Below are positions 1 to 12,571 of a stretch of DNA of 64,000 nt, piece by piece. Positions within the stretch are counted from its first letter, which is position 1. Every line of letters starts with the position of its first letter. The notes beneath the pieces were generated by a model. It worked only from the letters and a program-made list of their open reading frames with translations. It made no database searches and was not told the DNA's origin. The DNA is from Nemertoderma westbladi (Eukaryota; Animalia; Xenacoelomorpha), in contig JAUCBJ010008219.1 in NCBI GenBank assembly GCA_032718475.1, forward strand, positions 1 to 64,000. Direction: 5' to 3'. The translations under genes and the position numbers were made by a program.

Positions 1-64
1 ATTATATTAGTATCTTAATTCTGAATCGTATCTTAATTCTTTGCAGTTGGGGTGGGGCATTTGG

Positions 65-219
65 CGCGGAAGGGGGCCATTACGCGCTAGGCGAGTATAC
101 CCGGGGGGTCATTACGCGCTAGGCGAGTATACCCGGGGGTCATTACGCGCTAGGCGATTACGCCCGGGGGGGGGGGGGGGGGGTATTCTACAGGGGGGCA
201 ATTTCGACTGGGACACCGG
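65..219. repeat. GC-rich short tandem repeat plus poly-G, probable terminal region of a non-autonomous DNA transposon
   Basis: About three copies of cattacgcgctaggcgagtatacccggggg, then a poly-G tract and a ...gggacaccgg end; no partner terminus seen. Confidence 0.35.
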
Positions 220-1114
220 CCAAGTATAGGAACATATTTGTATTTTTAAATTTCAAATTTCCCTCCAAATATTTATAATATATAAATGCGTTTTTCTCAG
301 TTTAACATTTTTTCAATTCAAAGTACTAAGGCTCCGCTATTAGTGTATCGAATTACTTGAAACTTTACCAATATGTTTAGAAACTTACGTGGGTCAAATG
401 GTACCAAAATATTTCATGTTAATAAAGGTAGGTTCTAGTTATCTACATTAAAATTTCAAAAAACCCGCTTTTTTCGAAATTTTTGATAAAAAATATGTAA
501 ATTGTTTAAAAAAATCATTCAATGACATAGTTTGGTGTCCATCTTGGTACCAAATGACGCAGGTGTTACTCCACACATATTTTGAAAGATTCAACTCAAG
601 TGTGTTATCCGGTGCAGACTAGTAGCATTTTTAGTGTTTTTCGTTAAAATTGAAATTTTGCACCAAAAAATGAAAATTTGAAAAAAAATTTTTTTTATTC
701 TTTTCTTTAATGTTACAGAAAAGGTGATACCAAATCACAAACCGATAGCTTCAGGTCGTGACCCTCTGGTCGCTTGAATAGTGGGTACTCTGGAACAAAA
801 CATTGCCCTTAATTAATTCACGAATTTTCCAGAAAATAGTTAAAAGAAATAAAAAATTTGTGAAAGAAAGACTTTTATTCTTAAATTGTTACTTTTTGGC
901 TCGAATATACCCCAACATCTGGAGAAAAGTAGTACTTTTTTCCCTAGGGAAAAAGTAATTCATAGGATTGCATTAAATTAAATTTTTCCGGCGACAAAAA
1001 TAAAATAAAATATTTTTGATGGAATTTGTTAAATTTTATTACACGTGTTGAAGTAGAATAGGTTTGGGAGTAATTTGAGCAAAATCCATTCATACACTCA
1101 AAAGTTATGGCAAA

Positions 1115-1305
1115 GGCTACTGACCGGACCCATTGCTCAATTGTCCGGACCCATTGCCATTTAAAGGAGCAGGTTACAGAGGTGTGTTGGGGGAACCAAA
1201 GTCACAAAGTTGAGGTATAAATAAATGTCCGGCCAATAATACACAAGTAAAATATAAATCAAATATAAATAAGCTTCAAGTAAGTAGAGGGTCCGGTCAG
1301 TAGCC
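1115..1305. repeat. Short inverted-repeat element (MITE-like remnant)
   Basis: ggctactgaccggaccc at 1115 and its reverse complement gggtccggtcagtagcc ending at 1305. Confidence 0.45.
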
Positions 1306-1944
1306 ACTGGAGTTATTGCAACTTTTTAGTGTCTGCAAGGCGAACTCCAAAATGTAACTCAATATCCAATATTGGTTTATGTAGTTAAGCGGCTCTCTAG
1401 TTACGTAATAAATATTCGAGAACACTAAATTATTATAACATTGAGTAAGGCAGCATCAGGAGTTGAAGGGTAAAGTAATTTGAGTCGCAGTAACTATGGA
1501 AACAATATTGTAAAATACTAAAGTTCAATTTATTTTGTAACACTATACAGTATCGCTCTAACTTTAAAGAATTAAGCAACAAAAAAGTACCAATTTAAGA
1601 TAAAATTACGCATTACAAGGGAAAAATAGTATAGAACATTTTTTGCTCAATATTTTCTCGACTCTTTATTAACCTCGCTAGCACTCGGTAAATAAAATGC
1701 CTCAAGATGAGTGAAAAAAATTGTACCTTTTTCCCATGTATTAAATAATTATATTTCACTGTACACTGTACACTCGTAGTACAGTAGAACAGTAGTACTG
1801 TAATGTTTTACTTTTTTTTCAGCATACAGCTCACACATTAAGACAATGAAACTAAATTGTTTTTCCCTGGACCGCGGTACCAAATTTCGATCAATGCCAT
1901 ACACGTACAGACAGGCTAACAAGGTGTACTGTATGCTAATGTAC

Positions 1945-3100
1945 TGTAAAAGCTTTTGCGGATATAACCAGTCGTTTTTCGCCGCAGTGAACTGTTCAGT
2001 TGTTTTAGTGGACATTACAAGCCATTTTCTCCTCAATGTACCCTGTAGGTGTTTTAGCGGACATAACAAGCCATTTTATGCCGCAATGCGCTAATACTCT
2101 AAATAGATTGTAGTTCAGATGACGAAATCTGTCAGCTGATTTACTGTCGATGTGGAACCTCTTTGTTCAGCTCGCTCAGCCAATCAGAGCGATTTTCATT
2201 TTATCTTGCACAGAGGCCTACGGAAAACCGCGCAATGCATTACGGTCTTTGTTTACCTTTCTGAGCGAGAACAACTGCTTGGAAATTCTTCTGTACTTCT
2301 GTGTTAGAAGTTTCAGACTTTGGCCAACATTAGACGGCTTTGATTATAAGAACGTAAATCTATTATCCTGTCAACTTGTCAAACTACGGTCACACATCTG
2401 ACCTGAAACATTGCTGTATAATAAAACTGCATTATTTTACTTCTGTTATTAATTGTTATATGTTGATGGATATGTTGTTATATTTGGAGAATATCGATAA
2501 ATAATCATAAAACCCCAATCTTCTTGATTACTGAAGGTAAGAGGGACCTGTTACCGGTAGCAATTGCGACTTACATTACAGTGGTTTTAGTGTGCATTAA
2601 ATGCTATTTCATAATCCCTACATGTGTCAGTTGCTATCCTCCTTATATATGGTCAAATTCAGTGACGGTCGGCAGATCAGTGTGCAGCAGTGTGAAGTCG
2701 TATGCAGCAGTGTGACAGATAATAAAGCATCTCCTAAAGAATGCGCTATTTACGAAAATCAGTAGCCATCTCGTTGTGTTTAGTATAAGTCATAACTCTG
2801 TTTTATACTTAAAGCGCCACGTCCTAAAGGAACTGTTAATATTTCCCCGAAAGTGAATAATATTGTCAGAGATTATATAGTAACGATCAATCGAATAATA
2901 CAGTAGGTCTGCAACGCAATAAATTCAAAGCACCCGAATCCAGTCTCCCTTAACTGTGGGTGAATGATCGCGCATAGACTGGCTTCGGCTAATGTTACTT
3001 CATGTGCACTAAATAATTGTTATAGGCTAAAGTCGATTTATAAACAAGAGGACACCTAAAATTGGCAGGTTAAACTGCTAAAGGTCTGAAAGCGCGAACA
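1945..3100 (+). repeat. 5' LTR of BEL/Pao element
   Basis: Starts TGTAAAAGCTTTTGCGG, ends GCGCGAACA; near-identical to 18874-20034. Confidence 0.93.
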
Positions 3101-4614
3101 ATAATAGATTTTTAGATTCTTTATTGCACCGTAGGCAATAAAGTCGAAAGTACCGGTCGAACGGTAAGCTGTAGGCCTAACTGCCCGACTACCCGAACCG
3201 GTACTTACATGTACAGCAGTATTATTCGATTTTGATAATTATATACCGGTAGGTCTTGATATTTAATCAGGGACGGCCGCCCTGGTTTTTTATTGGGATT
3301 TTACTTATTTCTGTCAGTTTTATTTATATGTAAGTGTAATATTGAGCAGAAGGCGTGTAAGCCCGCTCAAATTGTACAGATAATTTGTAGGCTGGATTGT
3401 TGTCTGACTGTTGTTAAGTCTGAAGAGATTGCAGTGTGTGTAGAGTGTATGTCCGATAAAGTACTAGTTAGGAAGGTGGGGGCATCCAGTGCTGTAAGGT
3501 AAATCCCCCCCGAAAGAATAAGTCGTACTACTCGGTTAGAACGCCTACTAACTAACCATTTCGGAGTCTGCATATACTGTAGTTTATTTAGGCTTGATAG
3601 TAGTCTGCCAGCGTTTGGTCTGTATTTTGTTTGTGTAGTCTGCACGGGTAGCGTAATATTTATTATTCAGAGTCTATGCGAGTATTCGCAACCTACATAA
3701 CTCCCTAAGTTTATTCCTACAGTAATTGTGCTTGTTATACATACCGTTATAGTTAAATTAACCCCGGTACTACATCAGGGCTGCTTGGCGTAGGTAAAGA
3801 CTGGTGATTTTATGCTCTAGTCACTCCAGCAGATACCGTGGTTCTTTTAGCTGTACAAGTATATTTAACTGCTGGTTATTTGTTGTATAAGTACTTGTAC
3901 CTAATTTAGGGTTTAGTGTACAGTACTTTCCGAAGGTAATTAGTGTGTAGGCAGTATATTTGTGTTGTAAAGTGGTTAATAGGCACGTTAGCTCTGGTTG
4001 GCTGCGGTAATTAACTTCTAGGTAAGGACACTCCGGGTACATAACGTAGTACTTATAGAGCTGTAGAGCTAAAGACTATAAGTCGTCAGACGGTGGTATT
4101 TTCTTATCTGGACAACGCAATTTATTTACTACTGCTTAATTATTTTCAAATACCGTAGTTTCCTGTCCGTTTGTAAGAACCAGAAATTCTAACTCCTTGT
4201 TAGGCTGGTTTGTAGATTTCCTGTAAAATTACCCTGAAATTTGTATGTGTAATTTTTGTGTTTATTTAGAGATTGTAATCTCACACAGTAATTGTATGTA
4301 ATTTGTAGTAATAAGTAACTTAGTCAAGTAGAATTATTTGTTTTAGTGTCCAACAAGTAGCACTCCACTGAGAGCGTTCAGCTTCTGTGTAGTGACTCCT
4401 TACCAGAAATAATAACATTTATTTCAAACATTGACAAAAACCCATTATACGGGTATATATATATTATAAATCAACTCAAACCGATTTATAAAATAGTAGG
4501 CCTGTTATCCATCAATTAGGTCTTAATATCAGTTGGACTACTGCTTAATAACAGTAATAAAGTAAAGAAAAGTAACCCTAAAATTCAGAAATTCAGTTAT
4601 TATAAAATAATTGA

Positions 4615-4875
4615 CATACCGGTATTTACGATAGGCTTATTATATTTATTTCTATAAATTTAAGCTGAAATTATATACCGGTATTCTGTAATTAATTCTA
4701 GTCTATAATCATACTTATATATACTATAAGTGTATGCTGTATACCGGTATTTATAGTAGGCTCATTATATATATTTATATAAATTTATGCTGAAATTATA
4801 TACCGGTATTCTGTGACAAACCCTAGTCTGTAATAATACTTATATATATACTATAAGTGTATACCGGTATTCTAA
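4615..4875. repeat. ~120-bp tandem duplication in the Pao 5' UTR
   Basis: Two-plus copies of ataccggtattt...gctgaaattatataccggtattctgt...atactataagtgt. Confidence 0.7.
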
Positions 4876-5008
4876 TATATTATATATATATCGCGTTACA
4901 TTGAGTAACGATATCGGTAATTAATTACTAGGCTTACAGTTGATACTGAATTACTAGACTTGCTTTAACTGTCGTTATAGTAGTAGGCATTCAACTGTAC
5001 AATCAAAC

Positions 5009-8000
5009 ATGGCTGACACAAAGCAAACTCTGTCAGATAGTCTCCTAGAAACAACAGTCTGCGATTCAGATAGGAGTGCGGAACATCTGAGACCAAAGTT
5101 CAAGTCCCCTCCTACTGTAAGAAAGGTCATCCCTCCAGTAGTAGTATCAGATCCTAGGCTAGTAAAGCATCGTAGGTCTATCATAGGCACTCGGGCTCAA
5201 GTCAAGCGGGACCAAGAGGCAGCTGTTAAACAGCAGCAACACCCGAACCGAGAACTTATTTCTCAGCGGCCCGATAGCTCCAGTAGTTCAGATACTGTAG
5301 AGTTGACACCCGAGCGCGGAGCAAAGATAGCAGAAGCGGTTTATTCGGATCCACTTCTCATTCTTCCTGAAGCCGTACTCACTAGAGTATTGATTGCGGT
5401 GGAGGAACATCAAATCGATTGGGCGAGAAGTAAGCGATCGACCAAGGACAGTTATGCGGGATACACGAAGGAGGAACTGAAGTCTATTGTCGAGACGCAA
5501 TGGAACTTCCCCGGACCCGGACTCCCGTTTAACTTATCGGAAGCTGCCTGGGAGGACTTATACAGGATGGGAGTGGTAAAGGACACTAGAGATCCAGCTG
5601 TGTGGAAGAGGTCGGCAGCCGGATATGTACAGGGATTCTTCAGCTCTTTGGAGCGATTAGAGGAACAACAGTTCCAATAACCCAACCCCAGGGACCTCAA
5701 GAGCAGGGAGAGCTGCTTTATCAAGTTCGAGAACGAATCCTAAGAATCAGACTAATCCTTTCAGCCTTTGAGGAAGCCTCGAAGAGAAGCCAAGACACGT
5801 CGTTGCAAGTTGCCGTAAAGACTTGGTTCCAATGGGTGAGTCTTAAAGTCCAAGGAACGACCCAATGGAAAATTCAGCTAACTGAGCGCTCGACCCACGG
5901 AGAATCAACAGACGCTACCTTTTCTCAGGTGGAAAGCGAAGCGACATCAGAGAAACCTCAGAAGAAGGACGCCATTGACATCTATCTGTCAGACTATCAA
6001 CGATTTATAGGTGACAAAGAGTTAAGGAGACGGCTAGCTGGACTTCACCCTAATAGTGAGGGAGCCAAATTTGTGCTAGACTCGTTAGATGCGGAAAGGT
6101 TAGCAGCGGATCGAGCTAAATTTGATGAAAGAATCCGCATCGTTAGGGTCCAAGAAGAGCAGCTAAAGAAAAAACAGATAGAAGACAGACAGGAAGCGGC
6201 AGCGGCAGCGATAGAGGCTGAAAGAAAAGCGGCAGCAGCAGCTGCAGAAGCGGAAAGAAAAGCGGCAGAGGCGGAAAGAAAAGCGACAGCAGCAGCTGCA
6301 GAAGCGGAAAGAAAAGCGGCAGAGGCGGAAAGAAAAGCGATAGCAGTAGCTGCAGAAGTGGAAAGAAAGGCGGCAGTGGCGGTGGCGTGGCGGAAACAAC
6401 ACGGAGGGCATCTGAAGAGGCAACCCAACTAGAGTTGGAAAATCTTCAAGAGAAGCAAGACTACTTAAATAAACAGATAACAGCTAGTCATATGCAGATG
6501 ATAAGTCGATCTACTCCCAAGAGACAAGGATTTACATCATCTGATGAAGGCGATACGACAGATCCTGAAGGTGGAGGAAATAGATCTCGTTCCAGCCGAC
6601 GTAGAAGAATGCCCCACCGTCAGAAATTGCCTAATTTGCCCCCAGCTGTGAGAAGGCAACTAGTTAGTGTAGACTTAGGTAGTACAGAACCCACAGACCA
6701 AATTATTAGAGTAGAAAGACTCCCTACTATAGTAGATGAGCCTGAAATAATTGGGCCTGTTCTCGAAGCCACTCCCTCTGTGATAGAGACCCCTGTACTT
6801 CCAGAACCTAACTCTAAATTCCCTTTGCACAGTACTAAACTACCTGTGCCCAGTAGAATGGCCCCTGAATCTGTCCCAGTCCTGGACGCCGAGCGAGACA
6901 TCAATGATTTGTCACCCGTCGTCCCTCGTCTACCCGCTACTATGTTGGCGGCTCCCGCTTCGGCGGTAGAGGGGGTGGATGAGCGATGGCAGGGAATGGA
7001 TCTCCTGCTCGGACAATTGGAGGAAAATCGATTGCGTTCCTCCCAGCAGGTCCGAGAGATGGAAGGGACTGTTCAACAGTTAAAGGGAACAGTAAGAGAA
7101 GGTAGGTTAGAGTTGCAAGAAGTGCAGCAGAGTATCGCGTTAGAACGCGATAAATAAGTAAATATACAAAGGGGTATACCACCACCCCCTGTAATAATGT
7201 GTCAACCTGTTAGGTCTGAAGTATTTCATGCGCAAGGTGTGGAGCCTACACGCATCTATACTGCTAGTGAAGTAGAAACTCCTATAGTAAACCCTATTAA
7301 GAGTAATTATAAACCTGTTGATAATGATATCCCATATAGACCTAATCATAATCCGAGAAATTTATATACCGATAACTCGATATTAAATAATACGATGGCC
7401 CAAGAAAGTTTTACACGTCAAATGGCTAGAACCGAAGCCCGTCAAGCGGTAAAGGTGGGAGAGATCGTCAAGTTCAACGGAGATGAGATGAAATGGTTAC
7501 CTTTTAATGAATATTATAAAGATAACATACAGAACTCTGTGCTATCTAATGGAGAGAAACTTAGATTCCTCATCGAGTGCTTGGAAGGATCTCCCAAGTT
7601 AATGGCGTTAAAGTTTATTGGACATCCAGATGGATTACGACAAGTTTGGGATACACTAAACATCAGGTATGGTAATAGGACTAACATAGCTAGGTATTTG
7701 TATGCGAAATTGGTAGCGCCCCGAAAGTTTCTTAGCAGCGGGATTATAGAATTTTCCGATGAGATCCAGGAGATCTGTAGACAATTAGATTGGCTAGGTA
7801 AGTCTCATGAATATCAGAGTTCTATGGTTATTGGAGCTGTAGCATCTACCTTGCCAAAGGGTGGAGTAGGTACTCGTTGGGACAAAAGAGTTCTATATAT
7901 GATGGAACAATAACAAAGAGACCATACCATGGCTGATCTCATGTCATTCTTAGATGGAGAAGTAAAATTACAGCTCCTAAAACAGTCCCGAGAGAAGACA

Positions 8001-8969
8001 CCGGAAAATAAGGTGAGTGAAAAACCCGTTTCTAGGAGAAAGGTAACACCAGTGTGTTATACAGACGACGGCGAAAGCCAAACCTCTCAAGAGGAGAACA
8101 GCGGGAAAGACTCCGAAAGATCTTACTATGTCAACAAAGCACCTAAAGACGTAAGTAAATTTAAGTCTCGAACCAGTGACAGGAGAGAACAGGTAACAAA
8201 AACTCCTCCTACGTCTCCTAAGAGAATTCATGGAAGAAAGCCCGAGGAAAGAACGAGTGTGCACAACACTACCCAAGGTAAAGTAAGTAACATCAAACCA
8301 AAATGTGCATTGTGCGACGGGCCCCATCGTTTAAGTGTGTGTGATGAATTCTTAAAGAAATCCTTAAAGGATAGACACAAAGTCATGTGGGATAAGCGGT
8401 TGTGTTATAATTGTCTCAGACAAGGACACCAACGGCGAACCTGTTACTCCGACGCGAGGTGTGCTAAGTGCGGCGCGAAACATCATATCTTGCTGCACAC
8501 CGAATTTGAAAGAAACAGCCCGAGTCAGGTAAGTGAGTCCGAACTACATGTCCAATTCAGTGATGTGAATGACACTGACCACAGCTCTGAGATGGAAGGA
8601 TTTTACACGGACGAATTCTCCGATGAAAACGAATCCTGTTATCTGATAAACACCGCAGTGTATCGAGCGCTTACGTATGAGACTGAAACCGATAATGAAG
8701 CGCACCCGGTTATTCCTGACAGACAACCATCTTGGAAAGCGCCAACTTCCAACGTCGGAATCCGGGAATTCCCCGTAGTTCAGCTAAGAGTCCACGGATT
8801 AGGTAAGAGTTTTATAGTCAACGCCCTCCTGGACTCCGGCAGCACAGGAACATTCATCGACAAAGAACTAGCCGAAGACATCTTTGCTGGACAACCCAAG
8901 TTCCGAACTAAGTTGAACCTTTCAGGAATTATGCAGGTTTGGAAATCTACAGTAGCTACAGACTACTAA
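5009..8969 (+). pseudogene. gag: BEL/Pao gag-protease (frameshifts and in-frame stops)
   Basis: ORF pieces 5009-5680, 5602-6432, 6387-7157, 7197-7913 and 7929-8969; the last three share one frame with TAA stops between them. Motifs: KFNGD..KW..F...Y and KLRFLIECLEG (DUF1759-like), three Pao-type zinc knuckles (CALCDGPH..C, CYNCL..GH....C, CAKCGAKHH..LH), protease ALLDSGS. Confidence 0.9.
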
Positions 8970-10786
8970 CAAGGACTTCTAGAACATAGTATATATTCAG
9001 GACGCAATACTCGCATACAGTGTTAATTTTATTAGAGGCCGGTATTCTTTATCTTAGTTTCTTAGTTTATAGATAAAGTAAAAAGTATAAAGTTTATAGC
9101 TAAATAAAAGAAATGCAGTTGAAATACTATAGTAATGGCGGAAATTATACTACAATATTATTACAAAAATTACTAATACATAAACCAGCTATAGTTGCAC
9201 ATACAATTAATAGTATTGCCTATTACATAGTAAACAGAAACACAGTGGAAATTTCTCGCAAATTTAACAATCAAATAGTTTAGGACCCCTTGGTTTTAAT
9301 CTTAACTTTTTATTCTAGAACTTGTTTCATCAAGTTAAAAGATCTTGTACATACTAGATAGTTGTTGCTACTTTTTTAAAACGTATTTTTTTTATTATTG
9401 AAATATTTTAAGATTATAATATTTTTAACATTTAAATAGAAATGATCTATAAGTAGCATTAGGTGAGTCATGGAATACTAAATATACATGTATATTTAGT
9501 ATTCCATGGGTGAGTAGATCTCATAATTTATCAGTCAATTAGTTCGAACATACAGTACATGATAAAAATATAACAGACATATGATAATCTCTGCAAATCA
9601 TCACATTAGGGATGCCACGCAAATGCTCTGTGGCAGGCTGTGAAGGAAATTATGCCTCGCAAGAAGAGAAGGTAACAGTTTACCAGTTCCCAAAAAACTT
9701 AATATACCAACATCATTGGTTGGAGAATATACCAAATAGAATAGAGAAAGTAACGCCAAATATTGGAGTATGTGCGCGACATTGGCCAGAAAACGCTGAG
9801 ATGATCAAGATAAAAAGGTATGAAAGACCACTGGAGGCTCCATCAGTATTCGGAACTGAAAACAACAGACAAACTTCATCATCATCAAGAGAAGTTAATA
9901 AGCGTGGAGTATCTTCGAGTAGCCGAAATCAACAAGGAGATGAACTAGCGGAATTCATTCAGTTAGATAAAATATCACCTGATCTGACGAGTTTGACAAA
10001 AGATCTGTCAGATAGAGGACTTGTTAATGAACTCGGTTTAACGATTGTGCCACATACATGTGGTGTCTCCACTCCATCATAAAGTTGGAATTTGGTCTGT
10101 TGGATAGTCCGAACATTGTATATTATAGCCAATAGGGCTGTAATAAACATAAATTAGACAGAGACTCTGTTGAGTAAGAGCTTACTGTAAGCTAAATGAC
10201 ATGTTATCGAAAATGAACACTTATTGTGAATAAAAATTAAGTAAAGTTTTTCAGCCGTTAGGTCGGGATTACATTACGCACAAAGTTATTTGACTTATTC
10301 TCAGTAAATAAACAGTAAATTTCCAGTAAACAATAATAAGTCTAACAAGTCTAACTGTACTCTGAGATAAACGTATCAAAACTGCCTCCGTACAGATTAT
10401 ACATATTTCGAAATATTGTGGCTCGTATATTTTATTAGGAGTTCGGTTTCAGTGGTAGATACAGTTATTATTTCACACAACTTATTTCAAAGGTTATTTC
10501 GAATATCTTTCAACAGTGTTAGTTATTTTTTGTACTAATAAATTATCGCTAGCAAATTGTCGTAAAATATTTACATTAAGTACATTAGTACATTAGGTTG
10601 TTAGCAATACAAATTAAAAACATTAAAAACGTTTGCATTAAAAACAATGAAAGGAAATTGAGAAGTTTACTTCTGTAAATTAAAGTAATTAGGCCTACAC
10701 TGAATAAAAAAAACCGGCCTCTAATAAAATTAACACTATATGCGAGCATCGTGTACTGAATATATACTATGTTCTAGAAGTCCTTG
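8970..10786 (+). mobile_element. P-superfamily (THAP) DNA transposon, internally deleted, inserted in the Pao protease
   Basis: ~75-bp TIRs (caaggacttctagaacatagtatatattcag... / ...ctgaatatatactatgttctagaagtccttg), 7-bp TSD ctacta(a/t). Removing it restores the Pao frame VATDY-YVGTLS. Confidence 0.88.
9612..10082 (+). CDS. THAP zinc-finger domain protein (truncated P-type transposase N-terminus)
   Basis: MPRKCSVAGC...FPK.....HW...VCARHW...P..F fits the C2CH THAP signature; no catalytic domain follows. Confidence 0.8.
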   Translation: MPRKCSVAGCEGNYASQEEKVTVYQFPKNLIYQHHWLENIPNRIEKVTPNIGVCARHWPENAEMIKIKRYERPLEAPSVFGTENNRQTSSSSREVNKRGVSSSSRNQQGDELAEFIQLDKISPDLTSLTKDLSDRGLVNELGLTIVPHTCGVSTPS

Positions 10787-11111
10787 CTACTATGTAGGTA
10801 CGTTGTCCACTCCCCAAGACGAACTAGGAGAAAACAGCATAAGGTCAGTAAAAATGGTGGCGATAGAGAACTTTGCTACCAGCCAAGTAGAACCTTACAA
10901 CTGGGATGAGGACGATTTTACCCAGCAACATAATATCCCTAGATTCAACACCGACTACCCAGGGGTGCAAATATTGATCGGCCAAATGCACATGAGGCGC
11001 TTGAGACATTAGAGAAACGACCTGCTCGACCGCAACCATTGCAAACCTATGTGGGAAGAACTAGAGTAGGTTGGTGCTTCACTGGACCTTCCCGGAGAAT
11101 GCTCATGGAAA

Positions 11112-12571
11112 CTACTAGTACTACTAGGATCGGCATGCTGCATTGCAGCTGCATTTTTAAGAATGCTGTGCCGGCTTGTCAACAAAATTGCACCGCCACA
11201 ACTCCCTATCACCCATGACATTTGGTAGATCATCCGCATCTTTAAGGCCAGTGTCCTTTAAGATGCGTCTCAAGAAAGTCATGGGCTGTCCACCATGCTT
11301 ATTCACTCCATGAGCCTGCCAAAGTACAAGATTATGCACTGGCTGGTCCTCACGGCGAAAGCAATGTCCTGCAAAGCGGAGGCGATTTTGTTCTAGTGTC
11401 AAGCTTGGGGGAACCAATGAGACACCTCCAATGTTATATAGTGTCTGGTTGGAGATGTGTGCATTGTACTTGACACAATGTACCCTTCGTAGCATTCTTG
11501 TGAATGTGCCATCCAGAGATTTGGTGTCCTCAGCAGTTAGTGCCCAGCATGGACTCCCGTAGAGGAGTACTGGAACTACTGCTGCTCTAAATAATCGGAC
11601 CTTAAGTTTCCGATTAATTCTAGGTGACTTCCAAATCCTGGAAAGCCTATTCAAGGCTGCCCATGCCTTTCCCTTACGTATTCGAAGGTCCTCACCTGAC
11701 TTCCGGATCCATGATCCCAGGTAACAGAAGTCGTCCACATGCTCAAGCATACCATCCTTTGAGCTTATGCTCATCCGATCAGAGACTTGCTGAGGACTTT
11801 CAAAGTTAACTGTCAGAATTTTGGTCTTTCTGGAGTTAATAAAAAGACCAACACTAGAAGCAGCATGTTCTAATGAGCTGAGGAGCCGCTGGGCTCCCTC
11901 TAATGATTCTGAGAGTACTCCTAAGTCATCAGCAAAGTCTAGATCAGTTAGGTACTTGGCAGGATTTCCTCGACTTCTGGAGCCAGTAGGTGGAGTTATC
12001 ATCACCCCATCATCATTATGATGATCTAAGGACATGCGTAGAACATAGTCAACCACAATAATGAACAAGAATGATGCAAGTGTGTCTCCTTGGAGGACGC
12101 CCCATAACACTTCAAATGGTTCTGTGTCACCATCAACAGTAGACACAAATGTTGTCGAACCATCGTATACTGATCTGATTGCTGCAATAATTTCATCAGG
12201 AATCCCATATAATGAAAGTATGCTGAACATACGTGAGCGAGAGACTGAATCAAAGGCCTTGAAGAAGTCAACAAAGATAACAGCCAGATGCCTGTCTTTC
12301 TTTTTTGATAACTCTTCAATTATCCTTCTAAGTGCCAAAATGGGCTCCATGGTCCCACGACCTTTACGGAACCCATTCTGATTTCCACGTAGCAGTCTCT
12401 CAATGGGATCCCTGATGCGATTTAATAGAATTCTATTGTATAGTTTTGCAGCAATCGAGATCAATGAGATTCCCCGAAAAGAACCATAGAGTGTTAGGTT
12501 GCCCTTCTTGGGAACTGGCACCAACTTATTTGTTTTCATTTCTTGTGGGACTCTTGTTGTGGGATCTTTCC
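11112..12571 (-). mobile_element. 5'-truncated RTE-group non-LTR retrotransposon inserted in Pao pol
   Basis: 13-bp TSD atgctcatggaaa (11099-11111 and 12572-12584); (TAG)n-like 3' tail; removal restores the Pao frame GPSRRMLMERLPTE. Confidence 0.9.
11157..12539 (-). CDS. LINE reverse transcriptase (5'-truncated ORF2, RTE-like)
   Basis: QNGFRKGR, FVDFFKAFDSV, GVLQGDTL, LDFADDL, FCYLGS, RLRFAGHCFR. Confidence 0.9.
   Translation of the reverse strand: MKTNKLVPVPKKGNLTLYGSFRGISLISIAAKLYNRILLNRIRDPIERLLRGNQNGFRKGRGTMEPILALRRIIEELSKKKDRHLAVIFVDFFKAFDSVSRSRMFSILSLYGIPDEIIAAIRSVYDGSTTFVSTVDGDTEPFEVLWGVLQGDTLASFLFIIVVDYVLRMSLDHHNDDGVMITPPTGSRSRGNPAKYLTDLDFADDLGVLSESLEGAQRLLSSLEHAASSVGLFINSRKTKILTVNFESPQQVSDRMSISSKDGMLEHVDDFCYLGSWIRKSGEDLRIRKGKAWAALNRLSRIWKSPRINRKLKVRLFRAAVVPVLLYGSPCWALTAEDTKSLDGTFTRMLRRVHCVKYNAHISNQTLYNIGGVSLVPPSLTLEQNRLRFAGHCFRREDQPVHNLVLWQAHGVNKHGGQPMTFLRRILKDTGLKDADDLPNVMGDRELWRCNFVDKPAQHS

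Noticed and set aside
2105-2145. Hammerhead-like cagatgacgaaa in the Pao LTR
   Set aside because: Lacks the CUGANGA core and the three-helix arrangement.
1846-2715. Short ORFs repeated at 18792-19649
   Set aside because: They recur only because they lie in the two LTRs; no coding motifs.
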